Assembly: GCA_965178125.1 (NCBI GenBank)
Contig: OZ237739.1
Location: 1 to 64,000, forward strand
Source of the DNA: Bilabrum cf. latius
Taxonomy: Eukaryota
Length of the DNA: 64,000 bases
Reading direction: 5' to 3'
Below, in pieces: positions 60,984 through 64,000 of this stretch. Numbering within the stretch: the stretch's first letter is position 1; each line of letters opens with the position of its first letter. The translations under genes were made by a program, and so were the position numbers. The notes beneath the pieces were generated by a model. The model made no database searches. It was not told where the DNA came from and saw only the letters and a list, made by a program, of their open reading frames with translations.

Positions 60984-63900
60984 TCAGAATTGGCTATCGC
61001 CATCGCTGTCGTACATGTGGGGCCAGTGCACCTGGCTCGACATACCGACCGCACCCGCTGGCACGTTAATCCCAGCCAGCTGGCCGTGGCTAGTGCCCAG
61101 CCCCTGGCTGGCCCCCGCCCCTCCCGCTCCCCCTCGCAGCCCCACGTGCAGCGGGTCCACGTCTGGGTCCAGCCGCAGAGGCATGGGGTCCACGCCGAGC
61201 CCTACTTCCTCACCCGCAGCCTAGTCGTGGGCCAGCAGCATTGGCGAGACAGAGGCTGGCAGGTCAACGCCAGCGCCTCCCCCCACCCCCACCCCTGCTT
61301 CAATCCCGAGAGGCGCCTCAATCGACTCAAGAACGAGCGGGTGTGCGTCACTGTGGGACAGGGTGTCGCGATGAGACAGGGTGTCGTGCCCTGCCGTCCA
61401 AGGGCCATGCAGGTGCGAAGCGGATGGATCGCTCGTCACATCGAGCTAAGCTCCCACCACGGAGCCAGCGCGAGAGAGTGAGTCGGAAGCACCGGACCCT
61501 GGCACGTGCGCCACTGATCCCGCGGGACTGCCAGGGTACGAACTGCCGTGCTAGGAGGAGGAGGAAGGGGGGGCGTGGGTGCGGGGCGGCAGCATGGCTG
61601 GTTCGATCTGCGCCCTCCCTTGACCAAAGCCGCGCTGGTGCCCTGGCCCGCGCTGGTGAAGAGGCGCCGCCAGCCGACGCAATTGAGGGGCACCCGAGAC
61701 AGCGGGGGCCTGGGAAGCCGGCCCACCCAGCACCCGCATTGCCACGGAGCCCATGCCGATGCCCTGGCCCACAGTCATGCTCCCGCTGTGGCCCACAGTC
61801 ATGCTCCCGCTGTGGCCCACAGTCATGCTCCCGCTGTGGCCAGCCAGCCCCGTCGACGCGCCAGGCTACAGCACCTGGTGCTGCCGCCACCTGCTGTTGC
61901 CCCCTTCACCGCGAGTCATGGACTCTGAGGAAGAGGAGGTGGACGAGGCCGAGGACGACGATGACGAGTGCGACGACGCAGTGCCATGCATCCTGCGGCG
62001 GTCCCTGATGCCGACGATGCCCCACGCATCCGACCCGCTGGACGAGTACCCAGTGCCCGACACAGAGCTGCCATCCTCGTCCTCTTCCCTTTCCCCTTGC
62101 CAGTCCACGTGCCCATGCCCGTGCCCGTGCCTGCTTCCCACACTCGCAGATCCCGAGCCAGAGCCCCCCACAGAGCCGGCGTCAGACAGGTCACCCGGCG
62201 CGCTGTCTCGTCCGGGGAACTCTGAGGAGCTGGGCGCCGACTGGGCCGATGCCACGCGCCCTCGCTGGTCGCGCCGTCTGGAACTGGGGTCGCGCGGCGG
62301 GGCGGTGCCGCCGATCATGCGCGAGAGCGGCATGCTGAGCCCGCCCTCGGGGCCGAGGGGGGTGCGGCCATCCTGAGGCTGCCCCCGGGGCGGTGCCACA
62401 GGCGCTCGGCTGGGGCTTGCGACAGCTCTCGATGATGAGGTCGCTGCAGCGGTGAGGTGCGCGTGCACGTGCTGGTGGTGCGTGCTGTAGCCCTGGCTGC
62501 CCGTCGTATCCACCATCACGGAGGCGCTCTGATACACCGCACCCGCACCCACACTCACACCCGAGTCCATGGCGCGCTGCCCAGTGCTGCTTGTGGGAGC
62601 TGAGGCAGCAGCGGGTGACTGCACAGAAGCCGCACCTGCAGCGGCCACATGCCCCGGTATCTCTCGCGGGGGTAGTGCCGCCGCCGCCAGCGCCACTGTC
62701 GCTGCCCTGGCCAGCTCCTTGCTTGCTTTCTTGCCCTCTTCCCCCGCGCCAAGCGCCAGTGCGAGCGCCCTCGATGCGCACCGCTGGGCGTGTGCCTCCG
62801 CCGCCACCAGCGCCGCCGAGTCGTTCTCCTGCGCCCCCACCGCTGCGTCAGAGGCGCCTGACGACTGGGGGGCAGGGCCGACCCCCAGCAGCATGCCCAG
62901 CTCGGACCAGGCCTCCTTCCCCTTCCCCTCGGCCCCCTTGCCCGCCCCCAGAAGAGCACGGAGAGCGCCCCTGCAGACCGCCAGCGCTGCCCTCGCGGAG
63001 TGAAGCCCGGCGACCTTGTCGCTGCCAGCCCTGTGAGAGTGGGCGTGCCTGGCCTGCAGAAGATCCCCCGTCTCCTCCAGGGCCGCAGAGCCGGACCCGC
63101 GCAGCGCACCCGCTACCTGCTACACAAACTCCCCGCGCGCCAGACGGGAAGCGATCACTGCGCCGGCGTGCCCTGGGAGAGCGCCGGCCTCTACGTACTG
63201 CCGCCCCTGTCCCTGTCCCTGTCCCTGTCCTTGCCCTTGCCCTTGCTGGAGCTGCTTCTCCCGCACGAGCCTGGAGGCCTTCACCACCCGCCGGGCCATC
63301 CAGGCACCCTGCTGCCGGTCCCTTAGCCCCAGGGCACTCGAGGCCACCGCCCCGGCCATGGCTCCCACAGCCCCCCACGCACCGTCGTCTCCCTCTTCGG
63401 CCCATGAAGCGTCACCGGCGGAGGCAGGCGACCTCTAGGGGGAAGCGGCCCTGCTGCTGCGCCCGCGCCGCGATGACGCCCCCCTCCTGCCGGACGAGGA
63501 CCTGCCCCCCTTCCTGCCGCCAGGTGCCTGCACCTTGAGCTCTGATCCCGGAGAGGGCAGCACAGCAGCACTCAGAGACTCGAGGGCCTCCGCCACTGCC
63601 TGCCGCCGGGCCCGCTCCCTCCCGTTCTTGCGCTCTCGGCGGGCTGTGGGGCCGGCGGAGGCCTGCGCGCGGGAGGACTTCGCGCGCCCCCCCCTGCTTG
63701 CACTGCGAGAGCGGAAAGTGCCGTCGGGAGCCGGGACGGGCGCGCCGTACTGCCCATCGTCCTGGTCATGGTACTGGTCCTGGCTCGCGGCACCGTCCTC
63801 AACATCCTCAGCGCAGTCGCCGAGGGCATGCGCGTATCTGCGGCGCTTCCTGGGTCTCCTGGAACTCTCGCGGCTGTTTGTGGCTGGCAGAGAATACTCT

Positions 63901-64000
63901 AATTCCGGCGGGCCCGCACCTGGTGCGCCAACAGAGACAAATGGATCGCTTGCGTTAGGGCCTGCAACGGCTTCCTGTGCGCTTGCCACGGCAGCACCAG
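60984..64000 (-). CDS. Low-complexity protein with a bHLH-like basic helix; 5' end outside window
   Basis: The ORFs ending at 63435, 63120, 61866, 61551 and 61221 share one frame and all stop at TAG; the final stop is TGA at 60984. Contains RRERKNGRERARRQAVAEALESLS. Confidence 0.6.

Overview
Chromosome-end region of a compact, GC-rich unicellular eukaryote. It has TTAGGG telomeres and short GT-AG introns; the gene style suggests a bicosoecid/stramenopile-like flagellate, which is inference only. The key result is that nuclear genes read TAG as a sense codon, most likely Gln. Roughly 80 in-frame TAGs (hand count) interrupt otherwise intact conserved genes, I saw no in-frame TAA in the inferred exons, and every gene I could finish ends in TGA. 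The ORF track is therefore fragmented and misleading. Layout: 1-6.1 kb is a mosaic of telomere tracts and a 155-bp satellite with a 1566-bp higher-order repeat. Next come a 3'-truncated PDR-type ABC transporter ending at a relic telomere tract, a GH27 glycosidase, an elongase, NAF1, a macrodomain protein, PLAC8, a TAF10-like gene and a ~1456-aa mS29/DAP3. These are followed by a tight SDH3-SDH4-SDH2 cluster, RRP1, a complete 5.9-kb PIF/Harbinger transposon that also uses TAG as sense, and VMA21. The window ends with a purple acid phosphatase carrying two near-identical introns, SLY1, UTP6, a large secreted repeat protein, an ankyrin protein, GUF1 and a partial bHLH-like gene. All gene models were translated by hand with TAG=Gln, and exon boundaries are approximate.
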